Source: Camelus ferus
Taxonomy: Eukaryota
Length of the DNA: 64,000 nt
Direction of reading: 5' to 3'
Assembly: GCF_009834535.1 (NCBI RefSeq)
Contig: NC_045696.1
Coordinates: forward strand, 98,334,001-98,398,000
Positions 1-12,329 of this stretch are shown here, one piece after another. The notes under the pieces were generated by a model. The model was given only the letters and a program-made list of their open reading frames with translations. It was not told the origin of the DNA and ran no database searches. The number at the start of each line of letters is the position of its first letter. The stretch's first letter is position 1. Both the position numbers and the translations under genes were made by a program.

Positions 1-1014
1 ACAAGGCAAAACAAAAAACCTCAAATGCCAAAAATAAACCAAAGGTGAAACACCATGTAAAATATTTCTTCTTTCTACCCTAAATGCTTTTGTGGGATAA
101 GTCAACTTGAAGGAATTCAAGTTCTGTTTTGACTTTCTCCACTTACATTGCCTACCCCAGGGACCCATGCCTTAGCTAACTTAGCACCAAAATCCTGAAA
201 ATAGAGTAAGTGTTTGGTGTGTACACCCCTACTCAAAGAGTATTGGAAGTATTAAGCTCTAGACTGAGACCAAATGCTCTGGATGGGTCTGTGGATGAGG
301 GCAATTGTGTCTGAATTTGTTTATTTTCGCCAAGAAGGTAATTAAATTTTATCTCATATGTTACTGTATACCAAGAATGAATTAGTTCTGTTTTAAAACA
401 AAAGCATTTTGAATTGCTTTGTTTTCAACAATTCCCATATTTTGTCATTTTTAATGTTCTTTTTATTAGTAGAGATAATATTTTGTATAACAGAATTATA
501 AAAACACTTCATTCTAATTTTACATTGGTTTAATCTCTTATCTGAATGTACAGCTGTTTTTCATTATTTTATTACTTACATGCATTTTCATGACTGCTTC
601 CTTAAGTGAAAGAGGAGTGTACTGAAATGACCCAAGGCAATCTAAGAAGATTTTTTTTTTAAAAAAAAGGAAGTTTCTCTGCCTGTGTAGAGAGTATCAC
701 ATTCATTTTTTTCCCCAGCAAGTGAATACAGAAAAGTATTTTGGAGATAATCAACCAGGGATTGGGGTCTATTATGCAAGTCTGGTATTTCATTTACCAA
801 CACCTTAATGTACTTGAAATTTTCTTTCTTTTCCACTGTTGACCAGTTCTAACCACTGCGAGTTAACATTTAACATGTAACTATTTTTTTGTCTTTTAAT
901 TATGATGACCTTGAGAGAATATGGACGCTATGATTGTTTTGGAACATTTGTTGAAGAGATAGTTTAAAAATCATTTCAATGTTGCAAATATATTTTTAAA
1001 GAAAACTTCAAAAA

Positions 1015-3620
1015 AGGCATATACTTCTATATATAGAAAAATGCTCACATCATAAGTGTATGTTTCAATCACAAAGTGAACACACCCAAATAAACACCAG
1101 CCAATTCAAGAAATACAGTATTGTCAACAGTACTAGAAGCCCTCATGTCTCCTCTCAATAATACTCCCTCCCTTCTTCCTAAAGAGATACTATTCTGTCT
1201 TCTAACACCGGAATACTCTTGAATGTTTTAAAAATTTACCCACTAGCATAATAATGTTGGGTCTGACGGTTTTCATTCAACATATACTCGTGGAATCATT
1301 CATGTTCTTTGTAGAAGTTGTTTATTTGCATTTTGTATTATATTTCATTATATGGCTTGGCAGTGAATTACTTAATTTGTTATCATTTTTTTTTTTTTAC
1401 TACTGATGGGACTTTGAATTGTTTCCAGTCTTCAGCTATTCCAGTTAATGCTACTATGAACATTCTTGTGCATGACTTCTGACAAACATATGCCCTTCTT
1501 TGTATTGGGTATATACCTAGGAATGGAATTGTGTCAAGGAATGTGCACGTATTCTTTCAGCTTCACTGGATATTGTCAGAGAGTGTTTCAAGATGGTACC
1601 AGTTTAGACTTCTGCCAGCACAATATTAGAGTTCTAGCTGTTCTACATTCTCAATATCACTTGGTATTGTTAGTCTTTTAAAAATTTTTACCCATTCTGA
1701 TATGTGTAGAGTGATGTCATATTTTGGATTTAATTTGCATTTCCTCGATGATTAATGTAGTTGATCACCCTTTAGTGTATTTATTATGCATTTGAATATC
1801 CTTCCGTGAGCTGTCTATTCCAGTCTTTTGTCCTTTTTTTCTATTTTCTTGTCTTTTCCGCATGATTTGTGGGAGTTCTTTATATATTTGAAATATAAAC
1901 CCTTTGTCAGTTACATGTGCCAAAGTTAATCGTCTCCATCTTTGTGGCTTACTTGTTCACACATTTAATAAAATATTTTGTTGAAAATAAGTTTAACATT
2001 TTCGTATCATGTAACTAACTTTTCTTGTATGGTTGGTGCTCTTAATGTTCTACCCAAGCAGTCTTTGGTGTCCCAAGATTGTGACCACATTCTACGATGT
2101 TTTCTCAGAGTTCTATTCTTATTCCATTTTTAGATTTGCTATCCACTTGGAACTGATTTTTCCATGTGGTTTGAGGAAGGGTTCTAGTTTCATTTATTTC
2201 CATATGGATAGCTAATTCTTCCAGCACCACTTAAGAAGTCTTTTTTAAAAAAATGTTTTTATTGAAGTATAGTCAGTTTACAATGTTGTGTTAATTTCTT
2301 ATGTACAGCACAATACTTCAGTCATAGTAGGAACATACATATATTCGTTTTCATATTCTTTTCCACTATAAGTTACTATAAGATATTGAATATAGTTCCC
2401 TGTGCTATACAGTATAAACTTGTTGTTTATCTATTTCATGTATATTAGTATTTGCAAATCTCCAACTCCCAATTTATCTCTTCCCACCCCCTTCCTACCC
2501 TAGTAACCATAAGTTTGTTTTCTATGTCTGTGAGTCTGCTTCTGTTTTGTAAATAAGTTTGTTTGTCTTTTTTTTTTTTTAGATTCCACATATGAGTGAT
2601 ATCATATGGTATTTTTCTTTCTCTTTCTGGCTTACCTCACTTAGAATGACATTCTCCAGGTCCATGCATATTGCTGCAAATGGCATTATTTTATTATTTT
2701 TTATGGCTGAATAGTATTCCATTGTATAAATGTACCACTTCTTCTTTATCCAGTGATCTGTCAATGGACATCTAGGTTGTTTCCATGTCTTGGCTGTTGT
2801 AAATAGTGCTGCTACGAACATTGGGGTGGAGGTATCTTTTTGAATTAAGGTTCCCTTTAGATATATGCCCAGGAGTGGGATTGCTAAATCATATGGTAAG
2901 TCTATTTTTAGTTTTTTGAGGAATCTCCATACTGTTTTCCATAGCGGCTGCACCAAATTGCATTCCCACCAGCAGTGTAGGAGGGTTCCCTTTTCTCCAC
3001 ACCTTCTCCAGCATTTATCATTTGTGGACTTTTGAAAGATGGCCATTCTGACTGGTATAAGGTGATACCTCACTGTAATTTTGATTTGCATTTCTCTGAT
3101 AATTAGTGATATTGACCATTTTTTCATATGCCTATTGGCCATTTATGTCTTCACTGAAGAATTGCTTGTTTATGTCTTCTGCCCATTTTTCGATTGGGTT
3201 GTTTGCTTTTTTCTTCTTAAGCTGTATGAGCTGTTTATATATTCTGAAGATTAAGCCTCTATCAGTCTCATCTTTTGCGAATACTTTCTCCCATTCCATA
3301 GGTTGTCTTTTTGTTTTGCTCATAGTTTCCTTTGCTGTGCTAAAGCTTATAAGTTTAATTAGGTCCCATTTGTTTATTTTCGCTTTTATTTCTATTTCCA
3401 TTTAAGAAGTGTTTAGCTACTACTCTGCAGTGCCATCTTTGTCATAAAGCAAATTTATCCCAAATGTGTGCGTCTGCTTCTGAACTCCTATTCTGCTCCC
3501 CATTGGTCTATATTTGTCTAGTTTTGCACCAATAAAACTGTCTTAATTGCTATACCACAATAATAATTCCTGATGTTCAGCACACTAAGTAGAGTAATCC
3601 TTCAACTTATTTCTTCAAGA
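1015..3620 (-). mobile_element. Ancient L1 (L1ME-like) 3' end plus ORF2 remnant, split by a young L1 at 2240-3397
   Basis: Antisense old-L1 motifs (acaaagtgaacacaccc, gctactatgaacattcttgtgcatg, ttttggatttaatttgcatttcctc, ccagcaccac); similarity resumes after 3410. Confidence 0.75.
2240..3397 (-). mobile_element. Young 5'-truncated L1: ORF2 C-terminus, 3'UTR and A-rich tail, with TSD
   Basis: ORFs 2579-3142 and 3132-3401 translate to the L1 ORF2 C-terminus including the CCHC knuckle ([18 protein letters not shown]). Flanked by CCA[C/T]TTAAGAAGT at 2227-2239 and 3398-3410. Confidence 0.95.
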
Positions 3621-4924
3621 TTTGCTCTGAATTCTGACAAAGAGAGGCTGGTTTATTCTTGTTCTCAGCTTCTAATTTGTAGAACAGGAACCTTAAAACA
3701 ACTGATTTGCTTGGCATATTACTGAGAGTAATAAAGTGATTGCTAAGCTTTGAGGAAAGTGGTACAAAGACATTACTTTCTTAGTATATTTGGGTTTCCA
3801 AACACAACATCTTTGTTAACAAACGAACAAATGTTAAAGCTGTTGCTATTAAAACAAATGCTTTCAAAAGCAAGGTATATAATAGCTGGAAATATATACG
3901 TGGTTTTGTATTTACCTTAACAATTATACTTGTAAATGGATATTTCTCTTGCCTTGATTCTGCTGTGGGCTTGAAACATCAAAATGTAATAACTGCCAAA
4001 TAATCATCAATGTGTAATAAGTTGAAATATCAACATATAATAATTACTAAATTCAAAAGCAAGGTATTTTTTGAAATGATTTCAGAATAGCATAAACATT
4101 TTTAGGGTTATCTTGGGATACAGAAATAACTTGAAATTATAATTATATAATTAAAAGTATATTAAAAATTATAATTATATAATAACAGCCAATGCGTTTG
4201 TCTTGAAACATTTAAAATTTACAGTTGATGTTTCTTTTTTTTCTGTTCCAAAAAATAGTAGAGATTAACTTGCACCATTAAATGATAAACCTTTAATTTT
4301 TCATTATTAGTATTTTAGCAGAGAATACTGTGTACTTTTAAATGTTTTTGCATCTCCTTATCACAGAAATATCAAACAGAAGATGGATAATGGGAAAATT
4401 GATGTTAATGTCTTCTAGCTCAGAATGTAAGTTATTATTTGATAGCTAAGTCCAAAGTAATGGAAACCGGTGCCCTCCTGCATAGTTATTTAATTTTTAT
4501 GCCTGTTTCATGTCACATAAAATAATTTCTGTAATATTTCCCAGTTTAAAGTTATGCATTAAAGCAGTCACTGTAGGGGAAATCATCATAATAAACATAA
4601 TTTAGTGTAAGTTTTAATGGCTTAAAAGCAATAGTTAGTGTTCTTAGTCCTTTCTTCTTTGGAAATGGCTAACTTTATTCATCTCACATATTTATTTCTG
4701 GAATATTTAATGATAATTTCTTAGAATCTTGTTATTGCTTCATGAAAGCAGTTTTAATTGTCATTGGTGACTGAGGTATCACAGTCTGGAAAGCAACATA
4801 TGATCCCTTTATGTCAGAAACAAAAAACATTAAGGCAAGGATGAGTTTTTCTTACATAATAAACTTTCTATTTTATACATGGAAATAATTTCTGTATTTC
4901 CACTGTTTTGTGACTAGTAATTTA

Positions 4925-5458
4925 CTTTTAAAAAAAATAGACTTAATTTTTTTAGAGCAGTTTCAGGTTCACAGCAGAATTGAGTAGAAATACAGAGAGT
5001 CTGCATACAGCCCTCCCCACCCACACATATATCCTCCCCTACCCTCAACATCCCTCATCAGAGTGGCATATTTGGTACAATTGATGAACCAACATGGACA
5101 CATTATTATCAACCAAAGTTCTTAGTTTACATTATGGTTCCTCTTGATGTTGTACATTCTATGGGCTTTGACAAATGCATAATGACATGTAGCCACCACT
5201 ATAGTATCATACAGAATAATTTCATTGCCCTAAAAATTCCTTGTGCTCCATCTATTCATTCCTCCCTCCCTCCCTCTCCCCAAACCCCTGGAAAACACTG
5301 TCTTTTTATTGTTTCTGTAGTTGTGCCTTTTCCAGAATGTCACTTGGTTGGAATCGTACAGTTTGTCGCCTTTTCAGACTGGCCTCTGTCATTTAGTAAT
5401 GTCTTTTAAGTTTCTTCCATGTCTTTCATGGCTTGATAGCTCATTTTTTTTTACTGCA
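4925..5458 (-). mobile_element. L1MC-like 3'UTR fragment
   Basis: tttttagagcagtttcaggttcacagcagaattgag...ggtacaattgatgaacc...ttcattgccctaaaaat resembles remembered L1MC 3' ends. Confidence 0.75.
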
Positions 5459-5574
5459 TATGTATTTTTAATTTACATATATATACTGTTAATTATTTCT
5501 AAGAACGTTTAGAGCTTTAGCTTTTTAAACTTACATAGTTATCAAAGGAATAAAGCCAACCACAAAATAAGAAT

Positions 5575-5856
5575 TAATTCAAAAAGATACATACACCCTG
5601 CTATTAACAGCAATATTATTTATAATTGCCAAGATACGGAAGCATCCTAAGTGCACATCACTAGTTGAATAGATAATGAAGATGCAGCATATATATATGT
5701 AATGGAATACAACTCACCCATAAGAAAGAAGGATATTTTGCCATTTGTGGCCCTTCATTCACTTTTTTTTTCACTTCAAAAACCAGAATTTTATAACCAG
5801 CATAAACATTTCCATTTCATCAAAAACAACAAAATACCCAGAAATAAACCTAACCA
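5575..5856 (+). mobile_element. Two short L1 ORF2 fragments
   Basis: aaaagatacatacaccc...aatggaatacaactcacccataagaaagaaggatattttgccatttg (ORF2 C-terminus) and aaaatacccagaaataaacctaacca (RT region). Confidence 0.65.
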
Positions 5857-6344
5857 CAGATGTATAACTAGTAATCTACTTTTAAAAAGTCAAAGCCTCT
5901 TTGACATAATTTCATGACTCATATTTAGTCAGTATTAGTTTTAATGGCTCTTACAATACAGAAAATTTTACAATGGCCTTGAAAATAGGAAAACAGTATA
6001 AATAATCCAAAACAGAATATTTGAGGCCATTATAAATTAAAAATGCTTAGTACTTTTCCCTTTTTATACATATTCAAGTTCTGGTTGTCATGAATTCTGC
6101 CCATTTTTCTTCTTCTTGATTTGAATGGGATCCAATGATACAACATTTCTTAGAAAATATGGCTAGTTCTTTGCAGTAAAGAGGGAGTCCTAGGAATTTT
6201 TTCTAAAAATTAAGTTTATTGTAGACTATAATAATCAAATGACAACAGAATTTGTCCTGTTATAATTACTTAATTTAAAAAATGTTTATTATTCCAATCA
6301 TTTATCTTATTTATAATTTCACCCATTAGTGACTATAGGCATTT

Positions 6345-6502
6345 TTATTTATTTATTTTTTTGGCGGGGTGATAACTAGGTTTATTTATTTATTTATTTT
6401 AAATTATTATTATTATTTTTGAAATTGAGGTACTAGGAATTGAAACCAGGCATTTGTGCATGTCAAGCTCACACTCTACCACTGTGCTGTATGCTCCCCA
6501 CC
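6345..6502 (-). mobile_element. tRNA-derived SINE, Vic-1-like, diverged copy
   Basis: Reverse strand has box A (cagcacagtggtag), box B (ggtttcaattcc) and a (TAAA)n tail; homologous to 60482-60613. Imperfect TSD at 6332-6348 and 6505-6521. Confidence 0.85.
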
Positions 6503-6634
6503 TCACTATATGTATTTTTATCATTAATCTACTGACGTGATATCAGCAACTGAATGCTCCTATCTTATCTAGAGTGTCATCATTCTTATTTTGAAGAATA
6601 TTGTCACAGAAAGGACATATAATTGACCATTAAA

Positions 6635-6800
6635 TGATTTGAGTCTTACTACCAGTTCTATTTTAACTGCCTGTGTGACCTAGGGTAAGGCATTTAACTG
6701 TTTGAGACCTCAAGACCTTAGTTCTGTCACTTTTAAAAAAGAAGATTAAACTAAACGTATCTCTGGTCCTGCTGCTTCCAAAGTTCTGTGAGTCCATGAT
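6635..6800 (+). mobile_element. MIR-family SINE remnant
   Basis: Core-like ctgtgtgacctagggtaaggcatttaac...cctca. Confidence 0.55.
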
Positions 6801-6813
6801 CCAATATTTCTAG

Positions 6814-7425
6814 TGTGGCAGCCCAACCTCAGAGTCCTCTTGTTGGCTGGCAAGAAGATGACTGGAATGGATGTTTTTTAATGTCCTCCTGGCATCCATA
6901 CCTCCCTTCCTTTAGCCTAAATTATTGTGATTTTTTTCTGGTATCCTCTCGTCCTCCTTCTCACACCACACACACACATGCACGCACGCACACCCCCCGC
7001 CCCAACAGGTCCAGGAGTGAACTCTGATTAGTTCATGCAAATCAGAGCGGTCACATTCCTTAGCCAGTGATTGGCTCAGGAATAGACAAGCAATGCGATT
7101 TGGGGCAATGAGTTACCTCGGTGAGGGATTTCTGGGAAAATTTTTCATTCATCATCTGAAGGAACTTTTAAGGGGCAGAGTCTTCAACTGTATGTGTAAG
7201 AAAAGGGTGTATCTTTGGTTCTATTTTTGGCAGCTGGCCTTTGAGGAAGGCAGCTACGATGAGGTTGATGCTGTGAAAAGCAGAGCAAATAATTAGGATC
7301 CTTGATAACATCATTAAGGTGCCAAGATTAGTCAACACTGGAGAATCTTAATATTTTTAGAAACTGTGTGTTTTATTATTGTTTCCAGATTGAGTTGTTT
7401 TCTGTTAATGGCAGTTGAAACATCC
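6814..7425 (+). mobile_element. MaLR solo LTR (MLT1I/J/K-like) containing an imperfect (CA)n at 6962-6995
   Basis: ccagtgattggctcaggaatag...ttggggcaatgag; 3' end gttttctgttaatggcagttgaaacatcc. Confidence 0.6.
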
Positions 7426-8084
7426 GTATACAACACATTGTATCTCACCAGAAAACATATGTGGAAGTGCCCCTAGGAAGTAAAAAGTGTTATAAAAATT
7501 CAAGGATTGAATTGTTTGATGGAACTACTTCTCTGCAATTAAAGTGATATATAAAAGTATTTTTTCCTACAAATATTTATTGAGAGCTTGAGATGTGCTA
7601 GGCACCTTATTAGGAGGTTAGCTTTAAGGACACATTCCAATTAACTGGCTTCCTCAAGGCCACACAAGGGATGAAGCAGAGAAAGATGAAAGACCGGGAA
7701 TCTTGATTTTTAATACAACTAAAGGACTTTATTATAGGCCTTTTAGTACCCTGATAAAAACTTTTCACTTCTGATAAAGAGATATTTAAAAGTTGGATAT
7801 GTTACTCATAAGACAAATGACTTAGGACATTCCTAGCTAAAAACAAATTATTTTACTTCTATGATGCTGTTCTAGAAGGGAAACTGGGTGATGGAATGAG
7901 CAAACTATTCCAAATCCATTATTACTATGGGGAAATTCAGATATTTGAGCAAATATTTCTGTTGCCTTTTAGTACATCATGTCTGAAATCCAGACATGAT
8001 TGTTGAATATCTCCTTATTTTCATTGCCAGTTTCTCTGGTGGGGAACCTTTTAACTTCATGATTTGTGTAATGTCATACTTTCT

Positions 8085-8138
8085 CCATTCACTCAACAAA
8101 TATTAAGTTCCTACTGTATGCCAGGCATTATGCTGCTA
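8085..8138 (-). mobile_element. L2 3' terminus fragment (a second one at about 7568-7615)
   Basis: cattcactcaacaaatattaagttcctactgtatgccaggcat. Confidence 0.6.
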
Positions 8139-8549
8139 GAATCTGGAAGTCCTTCTTGCTTCATACCCTACATGCCACCTAAGGATTTCTAATAAGTTGG
8201 CAACAGTCTTTACCTGTCTTTCAAGATCTTCACATTCAACCTACCTTTGAACTCATCACCTGCCACTCAATTTCAGGATTTTTCTTCTGCTGTAAGTAGA
8301 TCCTTCTTGGTCCCCAAATGTTCTTTGCAATTTATTTTTGCTGGCCAATTTACACTACTTTTACTTTTAGAACACTTTTATTCTTGCTTTTCTTGGTTAA
8401 CTTCTTTTAATTGTCCCAAATATAGCTTAAAGTCTAATTTGTTCTGATGAAAATTATTTTAAACCTAGGCTTTTGCACCCAAAGTATTAGGTGTAAGGGT
8501 AAAATAAAAACAGTTTTGGAAAACAAGGACTCTTGTTGTACAAAGTATC

Positions 8550-8670
8550 TACATAATCATTTCATGACGTATGTAAGTCAAATCATTGTGCTGTATACCT
8601 TAAAATTATGTAGTGCTATATGTCAATTATATCTCAATAAAACTAGAAGAAAAAGCAACAAAAAAGAAAA
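8550..8670 (+). mobile_element. Short L1 3' end (L1MA9-like) with polyA signal and A-tail
   Basis: taatcatttcatgacgtatgtaagtcaaatc...tcaattatatctcaataaaactagaa; closely resembles 58826-58920. Confidence 0.75.
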
Positions 8671-8732
8671 ATTGTCTACACACTCCATTCATAAAATTAT
8701 TGCTTGAAAGTATAATTTAGTAAAACAAAAAA

Positions 8733-10862
8733 GGCCCACTATCATCACTCCTGTTCAACATAGTCTTGGAAGTCCTAGCCACAGCAGTCAGGCAAGAGAG
8801 AGAAATAAAAGGGATCCAAACTGAAAAAGAAGAGGTAAAAGTGTCACTATATGCAGATGACGTGATACTAAATATAGAAAACCCTAACAGGTCCACACAA
8901 AAACTACTAGAGCTGATCAAAGAATTCAGCAAGGTAGCAGGTTACAAGATTAACGTTCAAAACTCAGTTGCATTTCTTTACACTAATGATGAATCAACAG
9001 AAAAAGAAAGTAAAGAAACAATCCCCTTTAAAATAGCACCCAAAGTAATAAAATACCTAGGAGTAAATCTAACCAAGGAAGTGAAAGACATACATGGAAA
9101 ACTATAAAGCAGTGATGAAGGAAATTAAAGAAGACTTAAAAAAATGGAAAGATATCCCATGCTCCTGGGTTGGAAGAATCAATATTGTTAAAATGGTCAC
9201 ACTGCCCAAGGCAATCTACAGATTTAATGCAATCCCTATCAAATTACTCAGGACATATTTCACAGAACTAGAACAAATCATAATAAAATTTATACAGAAC
9301 CACAGAAGACCTAGAATTGCCAAAGCATTACTGAAGAAAAAGAAAGAGGCTGGAGGAATAACTCTCCCAGACTTCAGACAATACTATAGAGCTACAGTCA
9401 TCAAGACAGCATGGTATTGGTACAAAAACAGACATATAGACCAATGGAACAGAATAGCCCAGAAATGAACCCACAAACTTTTGGTCAACTCATCTTCGAC
9501 AAAGGAGGCAAGAATATACAATGGAATAAAGACAGTCTCTTCAGCAAATGGTGTTGGGAAAACTGGACAGCAGCATGTAAAGCAATGAAGCTAGAACACT
9601 CCCTTACACCATACACAAAAATCAACTCAAAATGGATCAAACACTTAAACATAAGAAAAGATACAATAAACTTCCTAGAAGAAAATATAGGCAAAACATT
9701 ATCTCACATACATCTCAAAAATACTCTCCTAGGGCAGTCTACCCAAGTAATAGAAATAAAAGCAAGAATAAACAAATGGGACCTAATTAAACTTACAAGC
9801 TTCTGCACAGCAAAGGAAACCATAAATAAAACAAAATGACAACCTACAGAATGGGAGAAAATTTTTGCAAATGAAACCGACAAAGGCTTGATCTCCAGAA
9901 TATATAAGCAGATCATACGACTTAATAAGAAACAAACAAACAACCCAATCCAAAAATGGGCAGAAAACCTAAACAAGCAATTCTCCAAGGACGAAATACA
10001 AATGATCAATAGGCACATGAAAAAATGCTCAGTATAACTAATTATCAGAGAAATGCAAATCAAAACTACAATGAGGTATCATCTCACACCAGTCAGAGTG
10101 GCCATCATTCAAAAGTCCACAAATGACAAATGCTGGAGAGGCTATGGAGAAAAGGGAACCCTCTTACACTTCTGGTGGGAATGCAGTTTAGTGCAGCCAC
10201 TGTGGAAAACAGAATGGAGATTCCTCAAAAGACTAGGAATAGACTTACCAATGACCCAGGAATCCCGCTCCTGGGCATATATCCAGAAGGAACCCTACTT
10301 CAAAATGACACCTGAACCCCAATGTTCAAGCAGCACTATTTACAATAGCCAAAACATGGAAACAGCCTAAATGTCCATCAACAGATGACTGGATGAAGAA
10401 GAAGTGGTATATTTATACAATGGAATACTATTCAGCCATAAAAACAGACAACGCCATTTGCAGCAACATGGATGCTCCTGGAGAATGTCATTCTAAGTGA
10501 AGTAAGTCAGAAAGAGAAAGAAAAATATCATATGAGATCGCTCATATGCGGAATCTAAAAAAAAACATAAATACAAAACAGAAACAGACTCATAGACATA
10601 GAATACAAACTTGTGGTTGCCAGGGGGGACAAAGGGGTGGGAAGGGACAGACTGGGATTTCAAAATATAGAATAGATAAACAAGATTGTACTGTGTAGCA
10701 CAGGGAAATATATATAGGATCTTGTGGAGGCTCACAGCAAAAGACAATGTGACAATGAATGCATGTATGCTCATGTATAACTGAAAAATTGTGCTCTACA
10801 CTGGAATTTGACACAACATTGTAAAATGACTATAACTCAATTAAAAAAATGTTAAAAAAAAG
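8733..10862 (+). mobile_element. Young 5'-truncated L1 (about 2.1 kb, RT domain to polyA), ORF2 disabled
   Basis: ORFs 8766-9107 (YADD motif), 9094-9468, 9411-9839 and 10053-10370 are successive frameshifted ORF2 pieces; G-rich 3'UTR tract and A-tail. Confidence 0.96.
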
Positions 10863-12329
10863 AAGTAGGACAACATGAAAAACAACATAGTGTATGTTAA
10901 TAACTTCCCTTAATCTGAGTAGAGTGAAATTTAATTCAGATAGAATTGAATACTTAGTAATATATTAACAGTGGTCATGTTTTTTGTGGTGAGATTAGGA
11001 TTTTTAATATTCTTCCAAGATGTTCTTCTACATTTTCTGAATTTTCTACTATAAACAGGCATTATTTTGAATACTAAGATAAAAAATCATACAATTTAAA
11101 GATATATAACTATTGCTTTATAATGAAGACAAAAAGTTTTTATTTGGAAAAGTCTTGATGATGCAATCAGAAATACATTTAGAGTCTTAGCAGTCAATTA
11201 CTAAGCTATTACTTTCACAAAATGCCTACTTCTATTGGAATTATTCAAAATATCCAACCATAGGGTCTTATTTATATGTTAATTTTTATATGTCCTTATC
11301 ATAGAGAACTATGTAATACTAAAAACTGATGACATAAAAGCATGTCTGTTGACATGGAAGGGTGTTAGTGATTTTTCACTCAGTGAAAGGAAGTATAATT
11401 TTAGTTTTTAGAATAAAACATGATGAGGAGACATTAAAATGGTAGTAGTGATTTTTTCCTAGGTAATTGAATTATGGGCAGTTTTGATTTCTGCTTTCTA
11501 CTTTCTATATTTTACTATGAATATGAATTTCATATATAACAAAATTCTTTTCTATATGTACTCTTCAGATTCTTGAGGTAAGAGAGGAGTTACTTGATTT
11601 GATAGAAACTAACTGCAGTTATATGTAAGGGCCCAGATCCTCCACAACCAAAGTGTAAAGTAGGCTTCCAAAGGTCAGTCAGCCTGAGCCTGAAGTATCA
11701 GTCTTCCCTGTTCCCTTGACATTTATATTACCAAGGAGAGGTTATAACCGGTGAGGCTTGCCATGCTGTGATGTGTTGCGGAGTGCTGTTTGGCAGTGCT
11801 CGGGCCAGATGTCCTTGGAGGCACAAGCCAGCTCTGTGCAGCTCTCAGCTAATGCATCTAACTGCTTAATCAAGTTGTTAATCAAATGTGAGGGTAAAAC
11901 AAATGATTCTTGGAAAGCAACAGCTCCTTAGGAGGATGATGCTGACTGAGATTTGACGGTTCATTCCAGGTGAGGTAGTCACTAGGTATATATCTTCTTT
12001 GTGGCCTTATCCAGCTCCTGTATTTCATCCAACAGTACTTGATTCAAAGAGCCAAGAACTTTGAGTCGCTTGTTTGTGCCAGGGACTGTGCTAAAGGCAG
12101 TGTAGGGCAAACACACAGGTTAGCTGTCTTTACTTAGAAAAGTTGCTTTTAGGATTATAGTGTGTTTATGTCTTATGGTGTTTAACTGTATCTCTAGTTA
12201 TATCTACTTCTGTACCCATATCTACATCTGTCAGTTCCCCTCAAACACGGAAGCTGTGGTTCCATTTAGGCTGGGTACTTGGCACAGCTGATTAGAAGTC
12301 TGATGCCAGGCTGGTTCTCATTTCTTGGT

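Noticed and set aside
642..836. Protein-looking 64-aa ORF on the minus strand
   Set aside because: Non-ATG start, weak splice context and no recognisable homology; a BLAST search would settle it
4134..4183. 18-bp exact direct repeat AAATTATAATTATATAAT
   Set aside because: Pure AT low complexity, best explained by slippage
8766..10370. Active reverse transcriptase gene
   Set aside because: 5'-truncated L1 ORF2 with several frameshifts and a premature stop at 9837-9839; no convincing TSD found either
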